Source of the DNA: Euglena gracilis
Lineage: Eukaryota
NCBI GenBank assembly: GCA_039621445.1
Contig: CP154954.1
Span: 12,270,716-12,334,715 of the forward strand
Direction of reading: 5' to 3'
DNA: 64,000 bases
Shown here: one piece after another, positions 41,507 through 52,567 of the stretch
Layout: each line of letters begins with the position of its first letter
How positions within the stretch are numbered: the first letter of the stretch is position 1
Notes under the pieces: generated by a model
The model's input: the letters and a program-made list of their open reading frames with translations, nothing else
The model's database searches: none
Told to the model about the DNA's origin: nothing
Position numbers and translations under genes: made by a program

Positions 41507-42540
41507 CTTATGCGGCGGGATTCGCACTGAAGGGTTCTTTAGAATGGGCGATTTGCGCAAATTCACATTTTTTTACGAAATCCCTGGGACCCTGTTCCCT
41601 GATACACGGAAAAACAATTTATGAACTGTTGCAACGCCCTATTAGAGGATCAGCTCCAGGTGGTGTGGTGTGCATGTTGCTTGCCGAGTGACGCGAAGAG
41701 GGCTCTCGGATGTCAAACAGGGGGGAAGCACACACCAGCTGTTACGAAAACTGGTGCTGACGTGCTGCCTGAACTGGCTGCGGTACTACAGCCACCCGTC
41801 AGGACACACGGAGCGATATTGCATCACATACTACATACTGTGATGGCCAGCCGTCGCACAACTGATGTGTTTGTGCGCGCATTTGCATTGTGCACGAAAT
41901 TTTTGTTTGTGGGTGCATTTGCGTGCACACAACGCAAAATGCTGAAGTTAAAATGGCATGTCCTTGCTCACTGAAGCGCCCCCAAACAAACTTTGTTTGT
42001 GGGCGCAATATGCGCAGCAACATCTTGGGGAAACTTCTATGCGGATGGTTTGTGCATGGGCACAAACAACATGATCATGTTAAAGAAGACTGACGATTAC
42101 CACAACCTGTGGAGGTTTGTGATATGCGTGTTGGTGCGCACATTTGTGCACACAAACACAGTTTGTTTGTGGGTGAAAATGCGCGGACAAACATTTAATC
42201 ATTCACTTGTTTGTGTGGCGCTATATCTCGTACGAACACACATCAGTTGTGCGACACCATCTCCTCGTCTGTGACGGCTGGCGAACGCACTTCCGCACGC
42301 CAACCGTTGATTTGCACCGTCAATGTGTGGTGATGAAATTTGTGTGCAATGTTCACTTGAACACGCCATGTGATGGGCGAACGTTTGCCTGCCTTCTTTG
42401 TGCACGTTTTAGACAGCCGTTCCCCGGCCCGCACGGCCAGTAGTTTTCATGTCATCTGCTTGGCTGATGAGATTAATGAATTGATGACGTGCAACGACCA
42501 GGGACTGTTCGACGCTTTCTCTGCAACAACATTACGTCAC
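41507..42540 (+). mobile_element. Truncated relative of the CTTAGGCGGCC-TIR family
   Basis: CTTATGCGGCGGGATTCGCACTGAAG (41507-41532) interrupts repeat R and is followed by TTTGCGCA/GTGCGCAC-type motifs. No right TIR found; right boundary approximate. Confidence 0.55.
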
Positions 42541-42599
42541 AAAAATTCAAACAAAGGAAGCAGAGTCCTGCTTTCCCAACTGCGCCAATATTAAAAACA

Positions 42600-45149
42600 A
42601 AAACTCCAAACCCATCACGTTGGGCCGAACACCAAATCCAGAGAGCCCCTCCCCTAAGATGCCCCCTAGACCCTTCTTGGAAGGTGGGCTGAGGGTTCCA
42701 GACCCCTCACCCCAACTCTGGGAACCCCACTCACATTGAAACCTGCTCAAAGCCTTCTTCATTTCCAGCTAGTGAAGAAGCGTTCGAACTTCTTACTAGC
42801 AGGTCGACAAGTGGGAGATTTGTCAAACTGTCGCAATCAGGGAAAGCGATAGCCTCACGGGGTCGCCAACTTCAAACATCAAACTGACAAGGTTGACAGG
42901 TTGGACACTCAATTGATTTTCCAAAAGAAATTAGAAGTTCATTCCCGCTGGAACAAAAAAAACCACACAAAGACGTTGTCGCCGCCTCCCATCTCCATTT
43001 TGGCCCTGCGCTGTGGTCGGACTTCGCACCCATGGGGACAGTGGCACAAGTGAGGCTTGGAGAACTCTGAGATGGGACAGAAAACAGCAAACGGGGTGGC
43101 AGGAGGACAAGCAGGGAGAACAGCTGCGCGGCGGCGGGGCCAGCGTCGCTTGCGTCGGCGCAGGGGGGGGGGGGGGGGGGGAGGGTTTGATATAAGAACA
43201 GGTGGGGGGGTGGTCCGGACCCCCCCTGCGGGCCAGGAGGGGGGGGGGGTGGGGGGGACACCCCCCCCCACCTAAACAGTGGCGCGGTCAGGGTGACCGA
43301 ATTTTGGCCCGGCGCAAAGTGCCAGGGCGAAAATTTTTGACCCCCAAAAACGACCAAAAGTGCCATTTTGGGCACTTTTTGGGCAAAAATTTGCCAAAAA
43401 ATGCAAAAATTTTCACAAAGCGCCGGAGGAAAAAATTGACCCTTTTTGGGGGGGTCCCGGGTACCCACCCAGGGTCGGTCCGGACCCCCCTGGCAGGTGG
43501 GGGGATGGTCTGGACCCCCCCTGCGGGCCAGGAGGGGGGGGGCACCCCCCCACCTAAACCATGTACGCCCTCCTTAGATCAAACCCTGGGGGCGGGGCTA
43601 CCTGTGGGCGAACGGCGACAAAGGGGGAAGAACACCCAGACCCGACGTTCCTTCTGGCCTCATCTCATCCAATGCTGCATTTAGAAGCCACAATTACAGC
43701 CGTGATAAAAGATCAATCCGTATGCTGTTAAAATATTATACCGTCAAATGCTATCTGTGCCCATGTGCCCAGACACATCAGCGATGACAGAGGTGGGATA
43801 CAGGCCTTTAGGAGGACAGGTCAATGAGCGCAGAAATAGGAGGCAGTTTTGGACGGGTCCATTTCTAAAGACCCAGGGAGGGGGGGGTCAGCCGGCCATA
43901 TGTCATGCCCACAGTTACTGAAAACGCAATTGAAGCTGGTAGTGAGACAGGTATATCAATTTTTTGCGCGCGCACACACAAAGTTGAAAATTTGCTGGCT
44001 GGAAAAAAAGGTGTTGGTAGGTTGGGGAGCGGGGTCCAGCCCAGCCCAGGCTTCTGCTCAAGTGTTCGCAGTACCCCGGCTGGACTGCAGCTAGTCTAAA
44101 TTTCACTAATAGACTTCCTGGAGGACCAAAACAGAAAAACGATGGGCACTTTTAGCCGTGTCCATGATTCCACAGGGAAGCAAGTACCCACTTCCCCCAA
44201 AGCAAAGGAAGCAGATTCCTGCTTCCCTAACCACGCCAAGATGTATATTATATATAACCTCTAAACTTGGGTAATGTGGAAACTTGGAAATCCTGGAGGA
44301 CCAAAATGGAAAAGCCATGGGCACTTTTGGCTGCTTCCATAACTGCAAGCAAATATCCGCTGCCCACCCCCCCCCAACAACCAAAGGAAGCAGATCCCTG
44401 CTTCCCCTACTATGCCAATACAAAAAACCTCCAAACCCATCATGTTGAGGCCGAAAATTGGATCGAGAAATTTTCAAAAAAGCAAAATGATTTGTGATTG
44501 TGAAAAACCCTGGGTCCAAAGAAACTTATCAGAAAATAGCTTCGCCCAGGAATTGTGTTGTTAACAAAAGGTTAGCGCTGTTGGGTGACAGTGTTTCTGG
44601 AGGCAGCTCTCCGTAGGCAGTTGCGAAATCCAGTTGAGCACATCAAATATGGTCCAGGTGTTGCAGCGGACGTCGGGAAGGCAAATTGCATGTCCAGCAG
44701 ACATGCTCAGGAAGGAAGATGTAAAGTAGGCGCTGAGATGGCACCAGACTGAATTAAATTTTGTGACACATTTTTGGCAGGCAGCAGAACACGCCTGGGA
44801 ATTCTCGTTTTTTTGCTCATCTTCATTGCTTCTTATCACAACCAGAGTGGACACTGCACATGACAAGCCAAAACCCACCAATAAGTGCATGGCTGTGGTG
44901 CATAAATAGGGAGTGTACACTTATCAGGGGACGTGGACAGAAAGTTTGGGAAAACGTCCAACGGTTACTTCTTGGTATATTCTGAGGAGCGGACAAATCA
45001 GAAAACCAAAGCTGGTGCCTGAACGGACATATGCCGTTCGCAGGGCTTTGAAGAGAGAACAGGATCAAAGAGCAGTTGCCTAGCAAACTGGTTCTTTGAA
45101 GGTTGAAATTTCTTGAGAGGCCATGTAAAATTTAAAAAAATCACAACCA
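42600..45149. repeat. Long dispersed repeat 'R', copy 3 (partial, rearranged)
   Basis: Matches 38200-38860 and 38897-39680. Ends abruptly at ..TCACAACCA, where the TIR at 45150 begins. Confidence 0.8.
43181..43588. mobile_element. Second copy of the 40196-40543 MITE
   Basis: GAGGGTTTGATATAAG .. CTTAGATCAAACCCTG with the same internal sequence. Inserted into a G-run of repeat R. Confidence 0.8.
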
Positions 45150-46306
45150 CTTAGGCGGCCGAATTCGCACTTAAGAGTTTTTTCGTTGAAATGGGCGCAT
45201 TTGCGCAAATGCACCATTTTTTGTAACCCCTGGGACCCTGTACCCTGTCCGCCAAAAAAAAAATTTGTGATCGCGAACTCGTTAGGGCTGGGCAATTCGA
45301 ACCCCTTCGAATACAAAGTCCTAACTTGGCTTCGCGACGTGACGTACGCGCGAACATTTGTACCTCTCCCTCTCCGCAGCTGCTTGTCTGCACACTGTCC
45401 GCTGGACACCCACCGACACCCACTTCCACCCCACACCACCCCGCGGCACGCAACTGGCCAGACCTGGCAGCATACGGTTTTTGACTTTTGAGGATCCAAA
45501 TGTGGTCGGTGGATGCTGAACGTTTGGCAGGCGATGAAACCAGACACTCTTGATGAATTTCAGAAATATTGAAAGGGTGTGTTGGGTGCCGGAGTTTGTG
45601 AATCACAATGAAATTGAGTGTGTTTGGAGGAGGGTGTGACACCCCTGTTTTGGACAAGGGCGAAGAAACGCCCGGCGAATTGGAACCTTCTAATTGGTGG
45701 ACGGAATAAATTTTGTTTGTGGCGCACTGCACACTTGCACAAATGCGCGCATCAAACAATTATTATTAATGTGATTGATTGTGTTGCTGAGTTGGCGGTT
45801 GTGTCGCACCAGATTTGTGTCAGAAATGGAAAGTGATCTCGTTTTATTTGCGCAATTGCGCGCACAATTCTTGATTTTTGTTGTTTAACGACCCAGAGGG
45901 CGTTGTGCTACCAGTCAATTGACCTGAACGTTGTCATTCACCTGTTGTGTCAGTGGGGGGGGTGATTTGTGTGGCTGGTGGCGACGCTGTGACGCAGGGG
46001 AAGCTACGCTGCTCACCACTTGAGGCTCTATGGTGGTGTATGGCCGGTGTCCCATGTCTGGAGTTGACGTACATGGGGGATGGCCAGGCAGGGTACATCG
46101 ATGAATTGATGTGTGCTTTTTTGTCTGTTGACTTGCGCAATTGCGCGCATCAAACGTTTCCAAATAAAAAGAAATGGCACACAGAATTGTGGGAGGTGTG
46201 GTGTGTAACGTGTCTGTGTTAGACGCGGGACCAATGGGGGTGTGGAGTTAACGGATTTGCGGTGCTGGTGAAAAGGCGGCGTGCCGGCAGACCTGGGGAG
46301 GACTGA

Positions 46307-49050
46307 ATGGAGTCCTCGCAGGCCAGCAGCACCCACTCCCGCCGCCGTGGCTACGAGGGCTACAGCGAGGAGGCCGCCCTGGCCGCGGAGGCGGGGAAGG
46401 TGCTGGGCCAGCTGGTGAAGGCCCACTTCGCCACCAGCTACGAGGAGATCGTGGCGGCGGTGGTGCAGCGCGGCCACCCGCTGCAGACCCTGGTGGTGCA
46501 GGTGGCCCACACCAGGGTGCCGCTGCGGACCGAGGGCGGCGCGGCGCTGCTGGAGGAGCTGGCCCGGGAGCCGCGGCGGCCGCGGATCGAGCTGCTGCTG
46601 AAGGACGCCTGGGCCGTGTACCGGGCGCTACGGCAGCACGCCTGCCCGCGGTCGGCGCAGCGGGTCGTGGCGTAGCTGCGTCCTGTGGTTCGACAACTTC
46701 TGGAAGCGGGCCATGACGTCGAACCCCAGGATGGTGATCCGCACGCACGACTGCTGCGTGATGGCCATGATGCGGACGGCGGTGGACGCCATCCCGGAGT
46801 ACCCGGGGTACCCGTCGCTGGAGCAGCTGCTGGGCCGCATCCACCGGGTGTCCGCACGGCTGGTGCAGAGCGACCTGCCGGCGTTCCTGGAGCTGGTCTC
46901 CGAGATCAGCGCACGCCCGCTGGAGGCGCACGAGCTGCGCGTATCGCTGGACGTGCCCCGAACATCAGAGTGACTGAGTGTTTAACTTTTGGACAGGCTG
47001 TGCAGGTCAATGGGATGAGTGAACAGAACAGCTACGTATGTTGGTATTAACGTTTTGGTGGGGTATGGGTGCCTGTCATCTAAAGGGAACTGAATTACAC
47101 TGACATGCGCGCAAATGCGCCCACATTACTCTGCATTACGTGTTTGAATTAGATTCCAGTCTTCGGTGGTACCGCAGTGTTTCGTGCAAGGATCTCTTTT
47201 GAACTATTGGTTCCGTTTGATTTGCGCATTTGCGCGCAGGTGCACGTTCAAATCAGTCAAGATGCCAGACCTTACCCTGTATCTGATTAACGTTTGTAAA
47301 CTGTTTTGATGCGCGCATTTGCGCAAATGCGCACATCAAACCAGTTTACCCTTTGTTTTGTGTCCGTTGTGCGACGATGAAGTTGGTGTCACACAGAAGG
47401 CGGTGACTCTGATGCCGTTGGGAGAACGCCCAGTGCCCGGTGTGGCGCCCCTTCATGCTGACGGACGACCGGATCTCCTCCCAGGTGGGGATGCTGAAGG
47501 TCCTCCGCTTCCTGAAGGGTGACGTGCTGTCCCGCGTGAAGGCCCCGCTGCCCCTGCTGGTGGACATCAACCTGTGGTACCGCCAGCTGAAGGTGGTGTA
47601 CGGGCGGGAGTGCCAGCGGTGGGATGCGAGCGAGGCGCTGCGGCAGCTGCCCCCGCTGTACGGCGTGTGGCACGCGTACAAGCAGGTGCTGTACGTGCTG
47701 TACCGCCGCCTGCTGCCGCTGTTCCTGTTCCTCCAGTGGGGCACCATGGCGCCGGGGGAGCAGTGGTCCACCAAGCCGAAGGTGCGGGCGCTGGAGATGT
47801 GGGTCGGCGCCATGCTGATGGTGCCGGCGGACCGCCGCGCCCGCCTGCAACGGCTGATCCAGACCCTGCGACGGCGGCGGGACACCGTGGTGCCGGAGGT
47901 GGAGCGGCGCTGGCAGCTGACGCAGCAGGCCCAGCGACGGAAGGAGGAGGCGGAGCGGCAGACCGCCAGGCAGGTGCGGCACGCAGTGGCCAGCGCCAAG
48001 ATGCAGCGGGCGTGGCAGTCGGGGAGCCGGGAGATGGAGTGCATCCGGGTGCTGGAGGATTGTCGGCGGAAGGAGGCCCAGGCGGTGGAGGCCCTGGAGA
48101 GGCTGGAGCGGGACCTGGCGGTGGCGCAGGCGCTGGAGGACCTGCTGCTGGTGTGGGCGCCGGCCTGCTTCGCGCTGGGGTGGCAGGTGCGGGAGTGCCA
48201 CTGGGAGGCGGCGGCCGCAGACCGGTGGACAGGCGCGGAAGGTGCTGTGCAACGCCCTGACGATGCTGCTCCACCTGGAGGCGCCGACACCGGGACACCG
48301 GCCGCGCGGCCACTCGGACTACGTGCGGACGCTGGCGTGCGCGCTGCTGATGTGGTACCGGTGGCACGAGCAGCTGCCCGCCTGCTGCTTCTCGGAGGAG
48401 GTGAACGAGGCCACCCTCAGCAGGCTGGGCGGCTCGATGCAGCACCACCCGGAGGCGGTGGAGCACGTGATGGACCTGTACCTCCTGGTGAGGCAGGGGC
48501 ACCACGGTGCCCGGGAGCTGCGAGCGGGTGGGGTGGACCGGCGGTGGATGGCGGACTGCCTGTGCAACCTGGACTACCTGCTGGACGGCAATGAGCTGCG
48601 GCCGCCGCTGGACGCCCCTGACCGCCTGGTCCACCAGATGGTGACGTTCGCGTCGGTGAGGGGGCAGCGCCCGGAGAGACGGCGGCAGCCCGAGGAGCTG
48701 GACGCGGACGAGTTGAGGAGTCCGGGGACCAGTCGGTGGTCCTGCGGTGGCCGGACGGCTGGGTGGGTCCGCCATCCCTGCTGGAGCCCGACGCTGTACC
48801 GAAGGGCGAGACGGCCCTGAAGGACGTGCTGCAGTACGCGCTGCGGACGCTCCTGAAGGACCACGTGCCCTCTGCCGACGCCGCGACGGAGCTGGACCGG
48901 CTGTGCTACGACGCGCAGGCTGGCAGCAGTCGCCGGTCGCAGGCGGAGTTGGACCTGTGCCAGGTCCACTGGGACAGTATGCTGGGTCGCCGCCGTCCAC
49001 GCCAGGAGAGGGCTCCTGGGGAGGCAGCAGCCAGACTCGCGGTTGGTCAG
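46307..49050 (+). pseudogene. Frameshifted Academ/DUF6589-like transposase (copy 2)
   Basis: WFDNF (D 46692), VDINL (D 47563), GVWH (H 47671), DYVR (48317) and SEEVNE (48392-48409). Intervening sequence at ~46963-47416. Deletion near 46665 relative to copy 1, and frameshifts near 48190-48240 and 48720. Confidence 0.6.
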
Positions 49051-50463
49051 GCAATTTGGGGGGCTCTATTCACTATCACCGTTGTCCTGCTAACATTCTT
49101 TCCTCAGGAATACGGAAGTGTTACTTAGCATTTGCGCATTTGCGCGCATCAAACGTAAAAAAAAGTGTGCACGTGTGTGGTGATGCTGTCAATACGGTTG
49201 TATCTTACGAAACAGTTTACACTTTTTATTTGCGTAATTGCGCGCATCAAAAGTGTGAACTGCTTCACATTGATCCTAAGTGACATGCGCAATAGGCCTT
49301 TTACGTGTACTGTGTCTGACAAAGAGTTCCTTCAGTCCCCTCTGAAAATAGTGGCCCATTAGTCCAGGCGTTTGCACACCTGTACGTGCTCCATATTTGT
49401 TTCGGGAAGTCTCTGTGTTCTGAAAGCAGGTGGGAAGGTACCGAATGTTTGTAGCTCCGTAGGATTGAGAGTACGAACATTTTTGAGGACGGGGGGGTCA
49501 CACCCCCCTCCCAGAAGCCACAGATTGCGTTTTGTGGGCGCAATTGCGCGCATCAAAAGTGTATTTTAAAAAATTAATGTTGTGGTGCACCGCAAATCTG
49601 CCGTTGTCCGTGGCTGCCGAGTCCTCGTCATAGGGGTCCCTGCCGGAGCGACCGACTCGACGGTCGCGATTCGAATCGCTGGCGGGCGACGAGTCACCTC
49701 CGCGGGGGGGGGGGGGGGTACCGGTGGACCCTGCAGGGCGCGGGGCGGCCACCAGCAGTCGGGACACGATGGAGCCGAGGGCGACTCGTGTGTACCCCTT
49801 CGAGGGGTCCGACTGAGCGGATTCACTAATGAGGCGACGGTTTAGTAACTTTTGATACAAGCCATACCACACTTTATTTTATGGATCATTCCATGCGCCA
49901 GAACCAGGTGCATGTTCGCAAAAAGAAAAAAGTTGAAAACTCCCCTCCAGACACCTTCCAGGCCTACGGATGTCCAACGGTAAACCGCCAGTGCGTTAAC
50001 TGTTTCGCGACCCGAATGCGTGACGTGTCACCCCCGGTTTGTGTTGGGCAGTTTTTGACACAGATACGCCATGAAAGATTACAAAAACGTAGCATATCCA
50101 TACCCCCCCCCTTGTTACGGACCAGAATTTTGTACGTTCCGTGATAACATTTCACACTTTTTCCATTTTTTGCCTGAAAATGCCCAAGTCGGATGATTTT
50201 TTGTCACAATTTGGGCGGATTGCCGTCCCCGGGCAGGCGGAGCCCGGGACCGAGGCGGCGGAGGCTGGAGCGGAGCCCGCCCCGGCCGAGGCCGCTGCAG
50301 CGCAGGAGCCGAAGCCCGCCGCCAAGCCGGGGCGGATCCGGCCCCGCAGTACCGCCCGGAACCTCCCCATCGCAGAGGTGTACAAGGAGGAGGTGAAGCA
50401 GTGGGTGCTGTCGACGGGGACGAAACTGCCGCTGGACGTGCTGCACGTGGACCTACAACCAGT

Positions 50464-51740
50464 GCCAGACGGTAGACTGGGGGGGGGGGGTCCTGGGTGG
50501 TCGGCCGACTAGTCGGCCGACCACCCAACTGGTCGGCCGACTAGGCCTGGTCGGCAGCTAGTCGGCGAGACGGGGGAGGGGGGGGGGGGGGGGTAGTGGG
50601 TGGTCGGCCGACTAGTCGGCCGACCACCCACTCTAATGTAGTTACGGGCCAGTCTCGCCGACTTTTAAGCCCCCCCCCTGAGAAATTTTTTTGTCCAAAT
50701 CACCTCAACGCCAGTCAAAACCCACCCAAATGGCTCCAGAACCCCCCAATCGGGGGTGGTGAATATGCAAAAAAACTGGGGCAAAATGTCCATTTTGGGC
50801 CACTTTTGGCAAAAGAACACCTCTCCCCGTTGTATATAAGTTCTAAGTCAAAATAAGTCATTTGACACAAAAAGGACTTGTAGCCCTCCAAGTTATATTG
50901 CCAACATAGAAGGGATTTTGTTATTTGAGGGGGGGGTGCGGGGGGGGTGCGGGGGGCGGAGCCCCCCCCCCCCGCCTATGCCAAAGTGAGCCACAAAAAC
51001 GACTTAACCCCGGAGTATGTTGCCAACATAGAAGGGATTTTGTTATTGGAGGGGGGGGGGGGGGGGCGGAGCCCCCCCCCCGCCTATGCCAAAGTGAGCC
51101 ACAAAAACGACTTAACCCCGGAGTACGTTGCCAACAGAGAAGGGCTTTTGTTATTTGAGGGGGGGCGGGCGGGGGGCGGAGCCCCCCCGCCTATGCCAAA
51201 GTGAGCCACAAAACGACTTAGCCCCCGAGTATGATGCCAACACAGAAGGGATTTTGTTATCTGAGGCTCGGATGGGGGTGGAGGAGGGAGTTTTCAGCCT
51301 GTCGTGATGCAGAATGCTTGCATTTCTAAAGGATTTTCATGTAATCCCTGTTTCGTCATTGGTTTTTTACCCCTCCGGACCCCATCAAGGGCCCACCGAG
51401 CCCCCACCGACCAAAGATTTCCATCTGAGGGTGTTCCTGTTGGTGTAAGGCCCTTATTTGGACACATCCGGACCATTTCCGGGTGGTTTGGACCCGCCAC
51501 AGACCATTTTTATGACCACCGACTAGCCACCGACTAGTTTGCATACAATTTTCTTCATAAAAAGTCGGCGAGACTGGCCCGTAACTACATTAGAGTGGGT
51601 GGTCGGCTGACTAATCCGCCAACCACCCACTACCCCCCCCCCCCCCGTCTCGCCGACTAGCTGCCGACCAGGCCTAGTCGGCCGACTAGTCGGCCGACCA
51701 CCCAGGACCGCCCCCCCCCCCAGTCTACCGCCTAGAGCCA
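50464..51740. mobile_element. Foldback/Mutator-like non-autonomous element
   Basis: ~200-bp TIRs (50464-50666 vs 51559-51740) containing GTCGGCCGACTAGTCGGCCGAC palindromes. Direct repeat CTACAACCAG(T) of 10-11 bp at 50453-50463 and 51741-51751. Confidence 0.88.
50890..51262. repeat. ~106-122 bp tandem repeat (3.3 units) inside the foldback element
   Basis: GCCAACA.AGAAGGG..TTTGTTAT recurs at 50900, 51022, 51130 and 51236. Unit length varies through G/C runs. Confidence 0.9.
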
Positions 51741-52478
51741 CTACAACCAGTCCGAGGGGCAGACGCGGCCCCTGGACAACACGGAGGTGGAGCGGAAGCT
51801 GCGGCAGCTGCAGCTGAACCCCCCGCTGGAGATGGTGCGGGTCACCGTGTGGAAGAAGACGAGAAGAAGGTGTGTCTCTCAGTGTGACTGTGTCATATGT
51901 GGGTGTTTGCAGGTGTGGTGGTTTGTCTGGAATGAGTTTGTCTCTGGAAACTCTATTGGTGTGCAGGGTTCAGCATTGGAGCGCGTGCAATGCATTGGAA
52001 GTCAGATTTGATTTGCGCATTTGCGCGCACAAGCACACAGTACCTTTTTACTTGCGCATTTGCGCGCACGTACATGCACAATGTGTTTATTTGCGCATTT
52101 GCGCGGACATACACATGTCGTTTGTTTTATTTGCGCAATTGCGCGCGCATCCCTTCATTGTCCCCACAGAGGACCACTACGTGCTGATGTCGGGGCAGCA
52201 CATCACCTCGGCGCTGAAGCGCTGGGTGGAGGGCTTCAGGTCCCAGAAGTTGAACCCCTTAGTTGCACTAAGGCTTCTTGTCTGTTTATGGCCGGCGCTA
52301 ACTTCGCTTCTGGCCCAGTTTGCTGCGTGGTGAGTGGCCAGGGACCCCTTACACCAGTCCTCTTTTGTTGCTCCCCCTGGCCGGGTGAGTAACTCTGGTG
52401 TAATTCCAGCGCTGTATCCCAGAAGTTGAACCCCCCGAAGGGTTCAGCCCTGCATTTGTTTGTGTGTTTTCTATTTTG

Positions 52479-52567
52479 CCCCTCTCGTGCAGCCCCTCTC
52501 GTGCAGCCCCACTCGTGCAGCCCCTCTCGTGCAGCCCCTCTCGTGCAGCCCCTCTCGTGCAGCCCCT
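52479..52567. repeat. Minisatellite (CCCCTCTCGTGCAG)n in an intron
   Basis: About six near-perfect units. Confidence 0.9.

Noticed and set aside
47346-49054. Long minus-strand ORFs (495 aa, 314 aa, 287 aa), and similar ones at 3509-6184
   Set aside because: Antisense shadows of the GC3-rich plus-strand transposase; Pro/Ala/Arg-rich with no motifs.
49566-49872. Independent small gene in a GC-rich patch
   Set aside because: No frame is convincingly coding. It may be a decayed last exon of the transposase, but I cannot support that.
50890-51262. CRISPR-like regular repeats
   Set aside because: Whole ~110-bp units repeat with no unique spacers, there are no cas genes, and the context is eukaryotic.
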